Shown here: one piece after another, positions 9,224 to 19,096 of the stretch
How positions within the stretch are numbered: the stretch's first letter is position 1
Layout: each line of letters begins with the position of its first letter
Source: a virus
Direction: 5' to 3' (one strand)
DNA length: 64,000 nt
IMG/VR virus record: IMGVR_UViG_3300005529_000024
Location: 1-64,000 of that record
Program-made: the position numbers and the translations under genes
Notes under the pieces: generated by a model
Databases searched by the model: none
Told to the model about the DNA's origin: nothing
What the model saw: the letters and a program-made list of their open reading frames with translations, nothing else

Positions 9224-9479
9224 ATGAAATCCTTTCTTTGTGCTATAATAGATCATGATAAGATCCGAAATTATTTTACAGATCTTTCTCCGGATAGCAT
9301 GTCAGAAAGCGAAAAGGAAGTTCTATATTTAGTTGTTGATCAGATGGAGGCAAGGGTCAAGGCCGATTATCCTCTGGCAGATCAGATTCGTCAGAGATTA
9401 ATAAGTATGGGTTACTCGGTTATGAATAGAGGAAGCGATTACACTCTGATAATATAAACATGATGGTGACTAAATGAAA
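9201..9479 (+). repeat. 29-bp direct repeat flanking ORF 9224-9457
   Basis: AATATAAACATGATGGYGACTARATGAAA at 9201-9229 and 9451-9479 (2 mismatches). Confidence 0.85.
9224..9457 (+). CDS. protein resembling the C-terminal (anticodon-binding) domain of cysteinyl-tRNA synthetase
   Basis: EARVKADYPLADQIRQRLISMGYSV resembles CysS C-terminal motif xARxxKDxxxADxIRxxLxxxG. Confidence 0.5.
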   Translation: MKSFLCAIIDHDKIRNYFTDLSPDSMSESEKEVLYLVVDQMEARVKADYPLADQIRQRLISMGYSVMNRGSDYTLII

Positions 9480-9812
9480 ACGAAAAGAAAGCCAGTAGAA
9501 GAGGAATGTATTAGATGCACAAATCCATTATTGGAGACAGGTGCATTGTTGTTGAGTCCTCCAGGGCCGATTGTTGACACGATGTATAGTGTTAAGAGAT
9601 ATCCATTGTGTCATGCCTGCTATGAGTTTATCTGGCAAGAGATTTATTACAGCCGACAAGAGCATGTTATTAAATGCACAGGCTGTGGTAAGAAAGTTAC
9701 GCTCTCGTTTTATTGCACGTTTCACAAGAAGAAAAATCTTTGTGGGGATTGTGCTGAAGCTCACACGTCCTGCAAACATGTAGAGAAGAAGAGGAAGAAA
9801 AGTAAATCATAG
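9474..9812 (+). CDS. Cys-rich zinc-binding protein
   Basis: Multiple CxxC motifs. Confidence 0.6.
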   Translation: MKTKRKPVEEECIRCTNPLLETGALLLSPPGPIVDTMYSVKRYPLCHACYEFIWQEIYYSRQEHVIKCTGCGKKVTLSFYCTFHKKKNLCGDCAEAHTSCKHVEKKRKKSKS

Positions 9813-9824
9813 GGAGAAGAGTTA

Positions 9825-10181
9825 ATGGTCGAGGAAGTAATAACCTCACTTTTGGAAGTTGCTTCACAGAAAATTCCTAATCCAAAAGAACGAGATGGAA
9901 TAATCTGGGGAATAATTACTGCGTTGCGTGGACCGGATACAGACAACAAAAGATTAAAGGAATTAACTACAGCAAGGATAAGGAGCATTATAAACATAGA
10001 ACATCATGGCCTTGTCTGTAGAAAGGAACCATTAACGGTAGCTGAACAAAGGGAAAGGGATAGGTTGTTAGATTCTGCATCAGTTCATTTTAAGTTTCAT
10101 TACAACGATGCGTGTACCGCGATTTGTCTTTTGTATAAATATAACCTTCTTACAGAGCAATCAACGGAGGATAGCCAATGA
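9825..10181 (+). CDS. hypothetical protein
   Basis: ORF track. Confidence 0.6.
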   Translation: MVEEVITSLLEVASQKIPNPKERDGIIWGIITALRGPDTDNKRLKELTTARIRSIINIEHHGLVCRKEPLTVAEQRERDRLLDSASVHFKFHYNDACTAICLLYKYNLLTEQSTEDSQ

Positions 10182-10525
10182 CTAATCAAGAAGCTTTCAC
10201 AACCGTAAAGACTCATTTGTTAGCACAGATGGAGAAGTCAGTCGAGAAGGATGAATATCAAAATGATTACTGCGTGTACAGATCCAAATGCGGTTGTTTA
10301 AAGTGTGCTATTGGTGCTTTGATTCCCGATAACTTGTATGATCCAGCTATGGAATCAAAATCTGTTGACGATTTAATTAACGATTTTCCTGGAATCAGAA
10401 AACTATTCCACGGAGTTAAAACAAGTTTATTAAATGATCTTCAAGTTTTACATGATGATAAATCTCCAGCTAATTGGGAATCAGAATTAAGGGGTGTCGC
10501 ATCTCACTATAATCTTAAATTTTAA
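10178..10525 (+). CDS. conserved phage hypothetical protein
   Basis: CVYR...KCAIGALIPD...LQVLHD motif seen in phage proteins. Confidence 0.65.
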   Translation: MTNQEAFTTVKTHLLAQMEKSVEKDEYQNDYCVYRSKCGCLKCAIGALIPDNLYDPAMESKSVDDLINDFPGIRKLFHGVKTSLLNDLQVLHDDKSPANWESELRGVASHYNLKF

Positions 10526-10708
10526 TAAATCAACTAAACGTAAAAGGAGGATCTGATGATTACACGTAAAGTAGTTTGGAAAAAGGTGAGAACTAAATTC
10601 GATGAAAGGGAAAAAGTTCCTTTCATGGCTTATTATTTTCTTGGGTTAATCCCCATTTATTCTGTCCAGCTTGATGACTATCAAGCAAATCATTTTCAGA
10701 ATTATTGA

Positions 10709-10736
10709 TTGACAAAATAAATAATCCTGCTATACT
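10709..10736 (+). promoter_or_regulatory. sigma70-type promoter
   Basis: TTGACA-N16-TATACT with extended -10 TG. Confidence 0.7.
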
Positions 10737-10760
10737 ATAGTTATCTGCGGAGTTTGCTGT

Positions 10761-11009
10761 ATGCTTTTTGGATGGCTTTTCTCTAGGCTGAAACCTAAAC
10801 TTGAGCATAAGCATAAGTTCATTTTTGGAACATATCAAACTGTCGAGGTCCAATTAGCAAATGGAGGCTGGACATATTTCCAAATAATGTCGTGCAGTTG
10901 TGGAGCTTTCTCAGCATCTCCTTATGAGAACTATCTTCTTACTATGTCAGATGGCACAAAGGAATTGAGGGAGACTCTATCCAAGTTTAATGTAATCAGT
11001 CCTGATTAG
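10761..11009 (+). CDS. hypothetical protein
   Basis: First ORF after promoter. Confidence 0.55.
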   Translation: MLFGWLFSRLKPKLEHKHKFIFGTYQTVEVQLANGGWTYFQIMSCSCGAFSASPYENYLLTMSDGTKELRETLSKFNVISPD

Positions 11010-11176
11010 GTGATATATCATGTTCGATGATAACGATAATTATACAGATGTAGCTTGGACAGAAGCTGATGCAAAAGAGTTTGAGATGGACTTCGCCACA
11101 GCACTCTACATGATGGAAGGATTGTCATATAATGATGCTGTGAAAGCTGCACGAGAAGATTGCAACGGATAATACA

Positions 11177-12202
11177 ATGAATAACAAACTACTCACAAGG
11201 GATCAATTCAGAGATCTTGTCTTCGAAAGAGACGGCAATAGGTGTGTAGTTTGTCATGGGGCTGGAGATGCTGCTCATCACATCATGGAAAGAAGACTCT
11301 TCGATGATGGAGGATATTATCTTGACAATGGCGCAACCCTTTGTGCAGACTGCCATTATTTAGCAGAGACTACGCAATTCCATACGGATTACATTAGACA
11401 CTGTGCTGGTATCGAGAAGGTCGTACTGCCCCCTTATTTATATGATGACTGCATATATGATAAGTGGGGTAATATAATTCTTGGTAACAGACGCATCAAG
11501 GGTCCCTTGTTCCATGAGGAATCTGTTCAGAAGGTACTCGAACACGTGCTGCATCTGTTCAGTAATTATGTCAAGTACCCAAGAACATATCATCTTCCAT
11601 GGAGTCCAGGATTCACTAAGGATGATCGTATCCTTAACAATGTTGATCATTTTCTTAATAGACCTATCGTTATAACTGAGAAGATGGATGGCGAGAACAC
11701 TACCATGTATCGAGACTATATGCATGCACGTAGTATTGATTCTGAACATCATGCATCTCAGTCATGGGCTAGAAATCTTCATTCAAGGATATCTTCCAGT
11801 ATTCCTTTCGGCTGGAGAATCTGTGGGGAGAATTTATACGCTAAACATTCTATCCAATATAACAACCTTGAGAGCTACTTTCTAGTATTTTCCATATGGG
11901 ATGATAAGAATAATTGTTTATCTTGGAATGATACTCTTGACTGGTGCTCGCTTCTGGATCTCGCTCATGTCCCTGTTAGATATACAAGTAGTTTCTTAAA
12001 TAGTTCAACTATGCAAAGTATTTGTAAGCAACTACAGAATGATTCGTTATCTGAAGGTTATGTGATCAGAGTTGTGGATGAGTTTCATTATTCTGCATTT
12101 AGGCATAACATAGCAAAATACGTAAGAGATGGTCATGTGTCTACAACGCATCATTGGAAGAGATCAAACATCATTAAAAACTCTTTAGGAGAGAACCGAT
12201 GA
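11177..12202 (+). CDS. HNH domain fused to RNA ligase (nucleotidyltransferase)
   Basis: N-term VFERDGNRCVVC...AHHI...NGATLCADCH (HNH); KYPRTYHLPWS and TEKMDGEN ligase motif I, EGYVIR, AKYVR. Confidence 0.85.
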   Translation: MNNKLLTRDQFRDLVFERDGNRCVVCHGAGDAAHHIMERRLFDDGGYYLDNGATLCADCHYLAETTQFHTDYIRHCAGIEKVVLPPYLYDDCIYDKWGNIILGNRRIKGPLFHEESVQKVLEHVLHLFSNYVKYPRTYHLPWSPGFTKDDRILNNVDHFLNRPIVITEKMDGENTTMYRDYMHARSIDSEHHASQSWARNLHSRISSSIPFGWRICGENLYAKHSIQYNNLESYFLVFSIWDDKNNCLSWNDTLDWCSLLDLAHVPVRYTSSFLNSSTMQSICKQLQNDSLSEGYVIRVVDEFHYSAFRHNIAKYVRDGHVSTTHHWKRSNIIKNSLGENR

Positions 12203-12654
12203 TTAATCCACTTCAACAGGCGCTCATTAAAGCTGGACTCGCAAGTGAAGCTGATGCCTACAAGAAGAATAGGGAGAACGAAGTAAAGGCAGAAGAAGAT
12301 CGTCAGCGTAAGCTTAAAGAGAAGCGTGAAGCAAGAGAGTTTTCCGATATTATGACAAGGGAAATATTGCTACGCGATGCGCTTAAACCTTTGCATGAAG
12401 CTGATCTCAAGGTGCTCTGTTCTAGTTGTGGTAGAGAAGGCTATCCGTTGTGGAGAACAGCTTTCCTTTATTCTGATTATATGAACCACTTTACTTCACA
12501 GCCAGAGAATCATAACTTCATGTTTATGCTTGATCCTATTCTGAATATGAAGTTTACTGATGGGTTCATGGATTACGTGAAAGAGAGATTTGATAATGTT
12601 GTTTCTGCTGACTCTTGTACCACATGTAAACCTCGTGAGGAAAGGAAGAATTAA
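12199..12654 (+). CDS. hypothetical protein
   Basis: ORF track; CxxC motifs. Confidence 0.6.
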   Translation: MINPLQQALIKAGLASEADAYKKNRENEVKAEEDRQRKLKEKREAREFSDIMTREILLRDALKPLHEADLKVLCSSCGREGYPLWRTAFLYSDYMNHFTSQPENHNFMFMLDPILNMKFTDGFMDYVKERFDNVVSADSCTTCKPREERKN

Positions 12655-12926
12655 TGGAGAACTCAGATAAGATTCTTCCTGGCGCACGTGTAAGAGTATT
12701 CGACAGTACTCTTTTTAAAAATGATGTTGAAACGCCATTGTCATATACCATAAGGTCAGCAACAGTTGTGTGTAGGTATGGAATGCCAAGGAAGGATTAT
12801 GGAAATGGTCTAGTACTTGGTCCCTATCCAGATTTGATCGATGTTGTTTTTGATCATCGCCCTGAGCTATCGCGGTGTCATTTTACTCATGTAGTCGAAT
12901 TCATCAAAGCTGCTGAAGAGGTCTAG
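12654..12926 (+). CDS. hypothetical protein
   Basis: Overlapping stop/start. Confidence 0.6.
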   Translation: MENSDKILPGARVRVFDSTLFKNDVETPLSYTIRSATVVCRYGMPRKDYGNGLVLGPYPDLIDVVFDHRPELSRCHFTHVVEFIKAAEEV

Positions 12927-12928
12927 AT

Positions 12929-13216
12929 ATGGAGAAAAATACTTGGACAAAACACTGGCCTACCGAACCAGGTTATTACTGGTTCTATGGTTGGTGCTTC
13001 TCATATGATTATGATGTCAGGACTCGTCAGAAACCTTATCCGATTAAACATTATTTCGTGGAAGCCCGGAAGGTTTCTAATGGTGTTCTCTACGTCACAG
13101 ATGGACACTTTCTTTCGAAGGCTGAAGGTGCTTTAGGTATTTGGTGTGTTGCTGAATTACCTGCACCTCCATCAATGGATATTTATTTAAACTATCCTCC
13201 ACCAGGTAAGGAATAA
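12929..13216 (+). CDS. hypothetical protein
   Basis: WPTEPGYYW motif common in phage proteins. Confidence 0.6.
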   Translation: MEKNTWTKHWPTEPGYYWFYGWCFSYDYDVRTRQKPYPIKHYFVEARKVSNGVLYVTDGHFLSKAEGALGIWCVAELPAPPSMDIYLNYPPPGKE

Positions 13217-13554
13217 TATGCTCTTCTTGATAAAGCGAGTAATTAAGTTTTTCAGAGCTATCGTGTGTAAGCACCATCCACACGAAATAAAAAGATATAC
13301 TACGTCTCATCCATGTGGAACACTTAAGGATATAGCTATTATTTCTAGATGTTGTAAATGTAAGTCTAGAATTAAACATTCATATTCTGATGGTCATAGA
13401 TGAGATTATTTTTTGATATTGATTATTGGGTGTGTGAGTGTGGTTACATAATTCTGGACACGGAATATTTATTAATCCGGTGTGATCTTCCTTGTCCACA
13501 TTGTCAGGTTAGGGCGATAAGTAGTTATGCTTTTAAAGAGAAGGAGGAGAGAAT

Positions 13555-13842
13555 ATGTTAATTGTTGGTTTATTTAATATTGTACTCGGTATTGTCTTTG
13601 CCACTATCCTTGTATTAATAATTTTAGGGGCAATGAAGTTAGAAATAACATTTGAGAGAATTACTCCTACGTCTGTGCTTTCTCTTGATCTTGGTAATAT
13701 TGAGAAGATAGCTGCTACTATCTATGAGAAAAATTATAACCATCGCTGGTCTGATTTACATGAGGAGGAGACAAAGCAGTATTACAGGAACATTGCTAGA
13801 GTGCAAATCCTTGTGTTCCGGAAAGCTGCTGGTTTGGAGTAA
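13555..13842 (+). CDS. membrane-anchored hypothetical protein
   Basis: N-terminal TM helix; GGAGG RBS. Confidence 0.6.
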   Translation: MLIVGLFNIVLGIVFATILVLIILGAMKLEITFERITPTSVLSLDLGNIEKIAATIYEKNYNHRWSDLHEEETKQYYRNIARVQILVFRKAAGLE

Positions 13843-13845
13843 CAT

Positions 13846-14097
13846 ATGAGATGCTCTGAATGTGGACAATTCTGTCGCCCTGTAGATAGCGGTACTTTCT
13901 ACGGACATTGTAACGATACTGATCCTCCTGATCCTGATTTCTTTTGTGCTAGATGCGCTAAAAGAAATATGGACGAGGCAATCAAGACACCAGAGAGGAT
14001 CATATCTAGATGCTGGTGGATTAAACCTGATTATGTTCTTGTCGCAAAATCTATCCTACGGAATAGACGTGCGAAAACAAAGAGATTAATTATTTGA
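13846..14097 (+). CDS. zinc-binding hypothetical protein
   Basis: CxxC...CxxC. Confidence 0.6.
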   Translation: MRCSECGQFCRPVDSGTFYGHCNDTDPPDPDFFCARCAKRNMDEAIKTPERIISRCWWIKPDYVLVAKSILRNRRAKTKRLII

Positions 14098-14122
14098 CAA
14101 ATTATCCTGTTAATGGTATAGT
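14094..14122 (+). promoter_or_regulatory. sigma70-type promoter
   Basis: TTGACA-N17-TATAGT. Confidence 0.8.
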
Positions 14123-14140
14123 ATCAACAGAGGGATAGTA

Positions 14141-14428
14141 ATGTTTCCTAACGAGGATTTTAAACTAACAAAACGACAGAGAGAAGTTCTTCAAGCTTTG
14201 GCAGATGATGACAATCTTGATCTTGTGTTCGCCAAAGGTGGTGGATGGTGGCTTGGTAATGAACGAACCAACGGTAAGCTGGCGCTGTCTCTGATTCGTC
14301 TCGTTCTTGTTAATGATATATCAGATACTGGTGATGATCTTTGGAGGTTCACAATAAACGATTCCGGGAAAAGAGCTTTGGCTGGAATCAAGCCTATATA
14401 CGAGCTAGGAGGTAATGATGGAGCTTAA
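14141..14428 (+). CDS. winged-helix-like hypothetical protein
   Basis: LTKRQREVL...INDSGKRAL pattern. Confidence 0.55.
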   Translation: MFPNEDFKLTKRQREVLQALADDDNLDLVFAKGGGWWLGNERTNGKLALSLIRLVLVNDISDTGDDLWRFTINDSGKRALAGIKPIYELGGNDGA

Positions 14429-14936
14429 TGCTGATAATCTTGACAAACTTGAAAACCATTACAGTGTTCATTCAAGTACTGAGGCACATTTTATTTGTGA
14501 GCTTATCAATGAAATCCGAAACCTTCGGAAGGATCTTGACACAGTAAACGCTGAGTATAAAGAATGTGCTGAGGGCATGCTGAGTAATTCTTTAGAGTTG
14601 GAAGAGCTTCATATGAATACTGAAATAGCAGCGTCTGAGATGCGTGATATCCTCAACGAGTTTCTTCTTGGTGTTAGTCCTTTCTCCCGCCATGAGTTTG
14701 CTGGTGAACAAGCATATGACGGAAAATTTAAAGCTTCGCTTATTGATCGGGTAACAAAGATTTTAGCTACAGATCAAGGTAAAGAGTTTTCAGATGTATT
14801 TAAAGAAATAGCTCAGTTAAAGGATGACTTCAAAAAGTATGCACGGCATAGAGACCATTGCGACTATCTTGATGAGTGGGAAGTTCTCAAATGTAATTGT
14901 GGCCTTAGCGAAATCTTTGCACGTATGGAGGGATGA
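14415..14936 (+). CDS. hypothetical protein
   Basis: ORF track; H-x-x-H-C...CNCG. Confidence 0.6.
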   Translation: MMELNADNLDKLENHYSVHSSTEAHFICELINEIRNLRKDLDTVNAEYKECAEGMLSNSLELEELHMNTEIAASEMRDILNEFLLGVSPFSRHEFAGEQAYDGKFKASLIDRVTKILATDQGKEFSDVFKEIAQLKDDFKKYARHRDHCDYLDEWEVLKCNCGLSEIFARMEG

Positions 14937-15571
14937 CAATGCCTAAAACAATTGAGGAATATCTTAAAGAACCTTATTCAAGAATCCTTATCCCTGAAGA
15001 GGATGGTGGGTTCTCAGCCAAGATCTTAGAGTTTGATGGATGCTACGCTATCGGGGAGACTGTAGAGGAAGCCTACCGAAACTTAGAAAACACGGCAAGA
15101 TCTTGGATTGGAGTTTGTTTAGATCATGGTTTGGATATTCCTCCACCAGCTACTCTCTTCTTGCATGAAGGCATACTCAAAGGTGGAGTCAGCGATAAGA
15201 TGAGACCTGAAAAGGAAAAGTCAATTACAAATGTGGATGATGTCTGGAAATGTACAGAGTGTGGAGAATCCAACAGTTTAGACCCGCGCTGGAGATGGAA
15301 TGGTTTTTCTTGGGAACATCATCATGATTATCCTGTTGGCTATGTTGCTGCTAAATCTTTCGGTAGCAAAATTAAAACTGAAACGGATATAGCAAATGGA
15401 TGTGCTGTTTATAATCCAAAGTCAAAAGAAATTCTTCTTAATACGGTTGCCTCATCTGAAGTAGGATCAATCCATCAGATGACACTTCTTGGTGATGAAA
15501 GTGATTGGGAACGATTTCAAGCTAAGGGTTTTCGTGTGATTCCAGTTATGATCAGTTATGAGAAACCGTAA
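14933..15571 (+). CDS. HicB-like antitoxin domain fused to unknown C-terminal region
   Basis: EEDGGFSAKILEFDGCYAIGETVEEAYRNLE...GLDIPPP is the HicB N-domain signature. Confidence 0.75.
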   Translation: MTMPKTIEEYLKEPYSRILIPEEDGGFSAKILEFDGCYAIGETVEEAYRNLENTARSWIGVCLDHGLDIPPPATLFLHEGILKGGVSDKMRPEKEKSITNVDDVWKCTECGESNSLDPRWRWNGFSWEHHHDYPVGYVAAKSFGSKIKTETDIANGCAVYNPKSKEILLNTVASSEVGSIHQMTLLGDESDWERFQAKGFRVIPVMISYEKP

Positions 15572-16313
15572 GGTATTGATAAAGGGAGAAACTATGTCAA
15601 AAGAAGATGAATTGAAAAAAGAGATTGATCGATTGCAGATTCGCTTAATAGAGTTGAAGGTCGAGACAGCTAACGTACAATCAGAAATGGATACTTTGTT
15701 TGAACAATGGTTTAAGGAGAGACAAAAAGCGGCTGAACAGAAGCAGTAACAAGGAGGGCACATATGGATCTCCAGGAAATTAAATCTGCTGTTTTAAAGA
15801 GGAAGCCATTTGCTCAGTATCGTTTCTTTCCTGAAATGGGGCATCTTATTTTAGGCGCTGATAAAGAATGGGTTGGTGGTTCGCTTCGTAATGAAGAAGA
15901 GGCGTGGGAAGATGCTCTTAATGCGATCCAAGAGGGGAGAATATAAATGGATATAAAGAACTTTACTCTGTTTGTAGGTATTATCATTGGTTTAGCTATC
16001 GGTCTTTTCATTGGTGTATTCTACGGTTTTGGATTGATTCATTCTGACTGTGTAACTGTTCATTCAACACATATTTGGAATAGAAACTTTGAGTGCCACG
16101 AGGTAAAGTCATGACTGAATTGGAAGCCCTTCATTGGGTCCTTGAAAATAAGTGTGATGTGCGTCATCTAGATGATGGTGTTGAAATTATAATCAAGCGT
16201 GAAGGGCTTATAGAGGATTTTACCTGTGGCCCAACATTCCTTGATGCTGTAATCGAGGCAAAGCGGGTTAGCGAGAAGCTTGATATGTATGATCATGATC
16301 CGGATTATTAATT

Positions 16314-16634
16314 ATGATTGATGAAAACGTTGAGGCTGGTGGAATGTCTATCGAGGATCTTAAGAAAGAAGCTGATGAGGTTAGAAAGAATAGTGTAACA
16401 CTAGATCAAACTAGTAATCTTATCAGACCATTACATGAGCGATTCGGTTTTCAGATCGAAGTCTCCTTTGGTTTTAGTATGCGGGAAACTCTGACTTTAC
16501 GGCGGTGGTTCATCCATGCTGATTGGGCACTTAATAGATTGCATTGGGGTAGAAAGTGTTTTTGGCCTTGTGCATGGGTTCGTATCTTAGGGTTGTTTAT
16601 AGGGGTAGGATTCTATTACGAACCTAACCAGTAG
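16314..16634 (+). CDS. hypothetical protein
   Basis: ORF track. Confidence 0.55.
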   Translation: MIDENVEAGGMSIEDLKKEADEVRKNSVTLDQTSNLIRPLHERFGFQIEVSFGFSMRETLTLRRWFIHADWALNRLHWGRKCFWPCAWVRILGLFIGVGFYYEPNQ

Positions 16635-16640
16635 GTATAA

Positions 16641-16895
16641 ATGACACAGACGGATTTTAAAAGATTAGTTCATATGGTTGGTGGTCTAGCTCCAAAAAAG
16701 GATTGGGGCTATCGTAATTTCTATGCAGCGAGGAAGGATGGATCTGAGGTAGCTGAGTTTCGTCAATTAGTCTCTGAGGGATTGGTTACTGAAGGTAGGG
16801 AATCCGGGAACATTATATTCTTCCATGCAACTGAGGCAGGCTGTAGAGTTGTCGGATTAACTGATGAGCAGATTAAAAAAGCTTTAGAGCCATAA
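16641..16895 (+). CDS. hypothetical protein (winged-helix-like)
   Basis: YRNFY...FHATEAG. Confidence 0.55.
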   Translation: MTQTDFKRLVHMVGGLAPKKDWGYRNFYAARKDGSEVAEFRQLVSEGLVTEGRESGNIIFFHATEAGCRVVGLTDEQIKKALEP

Positions 16896-16913
16896 CTAAA
16901 AAGGAGTGACAAA

Positions 16914-17105
16914 GTGGAGAACTTTAATGTTGGTGATAAAGTAATTGTTTTACCTAACCCTATAATCCGATTTGATCTGCATAATCAACATGGTGTTGTT
17001 ACTTATTGGTATCCAGATGGTGCTTATGAAGTATTGATTAATGGTGCTAGATACGTTTTCCTCTGGCGTGAGTTAAAGAAAGATCCAGAGTCACAGCAGG
17101 AGTAA
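16914..17105 (+). CDS. small KOW/SH3-like protein
   Basis: FNVGDKVIV; AGGAG RBS. Confidence 0.55.
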   Translation: MENFNVGDKVIVLPNPIIRFDLHNQHGVVTYWYPDGAYEVLINGARYVFLWRELKKDPESQQE

Positions 17106-17109
17106 CGTC

Positions 17110-17490
17110 ATGTTAATAGATCCTAAGTTAAGACAAAAGGTTGCTGAAGCATTAGGATGTAAGGCCAAGATTACTGATCTCGGTCTTATTTGTGGATGCA
17201 AAGATGAAGAAGATATTATTTGTCATGTACAACCAAAATCTACAATATTAATAAAATTTTATGAAATCGATTATCATACGGCGCTTGATGCATTGATGGA
17301 ATTTTGCGAGCAAAACGATTGCGTATGGAAATCTGGTATTTGGAAATATGGTGGGTCATTTCAAAATAAAGATTATTGGGTTATGATTGTGGTGAAGGAT
17401 AAAGTTTATACAGCTTATTCCAAAACTTTTTCCATCGCTATCTGTGAATCTATCGTTAAGGCTGCTGAAGCTCTTAAAAAGAAGGGATAG
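17110..17490 (+). CDS. hypothetical protein, paralog of 17493-17870 (ABA-sandwich/NinX-like)
   Basis: Shared LRxxVAEALGC, ALxEFCE, AICE motifs. Confidence 0.65.
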   Translation: MLIDPKLRQKVAEALGCKAKITDLGLICGCKDEEDIICHVQPKSTILIKFYEIDYHTALDALMEFCEQNDCVWKSGIWKYGGSFQNKDYWVMIVVKDKVYTAYSKTFSIAICESIVKAAEALKKKG

Positions 17491-17492
17491 TC

Positions 17493-17870
17493 ATGGAAAA
17501 TTTTGATTTAAGAAGAAGGGTTGCCGAGGCTTTAGGGTGCAGTCCTGTATATGACACAGACTATGACGAGTTGATTTGCCCATGTGAGGATTATAAGCAT
17601 GGATGTCAAAGCGATCAATATCCTGAGTTCCTACCTGATTATCCTTCTAATGTCGGTCGCACCATGGAGGCGCTCATAGAGTTTTGTGAAAAGATTGATT
17701 GGTTTACGTGGTGGAGAGTTGAACGCTCTTTTAGAAAAGAGTATGAAGTCTTAATATGCTGGAAGAATCTTAAATATTATGCTGGTCGTCACAAATCTCT
17801 CGCCCTTGCTATCTGTGAGGCTATAGTAGTTACAACTGAAGCTTTGAAAATAGATGGAGTAATCAAATGA
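17493..17870 (+). CDS. hypothetical protein, paralog of 17110-17490
   Basis: Shared motifs as above. Confidence 0.65.
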   Translation: MENFDLRRRVAEALGCSPVYDTDYDELICPCEDYKHGCQSDQYPEFLPDYPSNVGRTMEALIEFCEKIDWFTWWRVERSFRKEYEVLICWKNLKYYAGRHKSLALAICEAIVVTTEALKIDGVIK

Positions 17871-18163
17871 CAAGATTAGAGGCTTTGTTAATACGGCTAA
17901 GCGAGGAAGCTGTTGAAGTTGCACAGCGGGTAGATAAGGCTCTTCTGTTTGGTCTTAAAGAGATTCAACCAGGACAGCCGTATACAAACCACGAAAGAAT
18001 TTTATTTGAGATTGCAGACTTCAAAGCTATTTTCCGGATGCTTTATGAAACAGGAGCATTTGACATTCTCACTAACGATATTGAATCACATCTGATCAGT
18101 GAGAAAAAGAAAAAGGTTGAGAAGTTCCTGGATTACCAAAGACAACTTGGAATTTTAGATTAA
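17867..18163 (+). CDS. MazG-like NTP pyrophosphohydrolase-fold protein
   Basis: EEAVEV...EIADF acidic motifs. Confidence 0.5.
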   Translation: MTRLEALLIRLSEEAVEVAQRVDKALLFGLKEIQPGQPYTNHERILFEIADFKAIFRMLYETGAFDILTNDIESHLISEKKKKVEKFLDYQRQLGILD

Positions 18164-18164
18164 G

Positions 18165-18635
18165 GTGATGACGATGAATAAAGTCTTGCTTAAAATAGGA
18201 AGTTGTGTTATAATGAAAGATAATCATCTATGGATTAAGCAAGGAACAGTTGGCATAGTTCGTAGTATTGGGAGAGAGCATGTCGAATTAACATTCGGAC
18301 ATAATACTCTCTATATTTTTGATCTTAATTTAATTGAGCCGATTCATGATCTCAGTTTAGATACTTATCAAATCTACGCCCTTCAAGAGGAGTATTGCTG
18401 GACACTGAAATTATTTACAGAAGCTACACATTCAGACTGTCTTGATATGCCGATGACTAAAGACTCCAAAAAGGAGTTTGACGCAGGGAACTATAAGTAT
18501 CTCTCTGGAATACTGGCCGCTGCTCAGGCATTGAAATTTGATATCTGGAAAAGCCAGATCTTCAGAGATAGAGTTGTTGAGTTAGCACCTTATCAACCTA
18601 ACCTTGGTGGATGTCAACAGATTAAACAATGCTAG
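18165..18635 (+). CDS. hypothetical protein
   Basis: ORF track. Confidence 0.55.
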   Translation: MMTMNKVLLKIGSCVIMKDNHLWIKQGTVGIVRSIGREHVELTFGHNTLYIFDLNLIEPIHDLSLDTYQIYALQEEYCWTLKLFTEATHSDCLDMPMTKDSKKEFDAGNYKYLSGILAAAQALKFDIWKSQIFRDRVVELAPYQPNLGGCQQIKQC

Positions 18636-19096
18636 ACGAAAAAGCACTCCTACAAAAAATTGTTTCAACACTCAAGGTCTATATCGATGATGGCGAGAGA
18701 GATCCTGAGTTGTGGAAAGATATTAAATTAAGAGTAGCCGATTTCGATAAGTCCGGATTCGGCTATACATTTACAGATGTAGTTCTTAAAAAAGTGGAGA
18801 AGCTTAAAGGAGAAGTATCCCTTAAGAAACCAGAGAAGATGGAGGGAACCGTGGGTACTGTTAAGAAATATTCACCAGATCCGCATATCAGAATATATCC
18901 TGTGCCCTGTGAGATTAAGAGCGGTTGGCAGGATGCCGGTAAACGTGGTGTTTGTTTTGGTAAGATCAAGATCAGCAATAGATGGTGGTGTATTATTCTG
19001 TGGGATGATGAGGATGATCCTGATTTAATGAAAGCAGACAGCATTACGACAGTCGATGGTACGTTCGGATTCGAGGCTGAACCACATGAAGTATAA
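18629..19096 (+). CDS. hypothetical protein
   Basis: ORF track. Confidence 0.6.
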   Translation: MLDEKALLQKIVSTLKVYIDDGERDPELWKDIKLRVADFDKSGFGYTFTDVVLKKVEKLKGEVSLKKPEKMEGTVGTVKKYSPDPHIRIYPVPCEIKSGWQDAGKRGVCFGKIKISNRWWCIILWDDEDDPDLMKADSITTVDGTFGFEAEPHEV

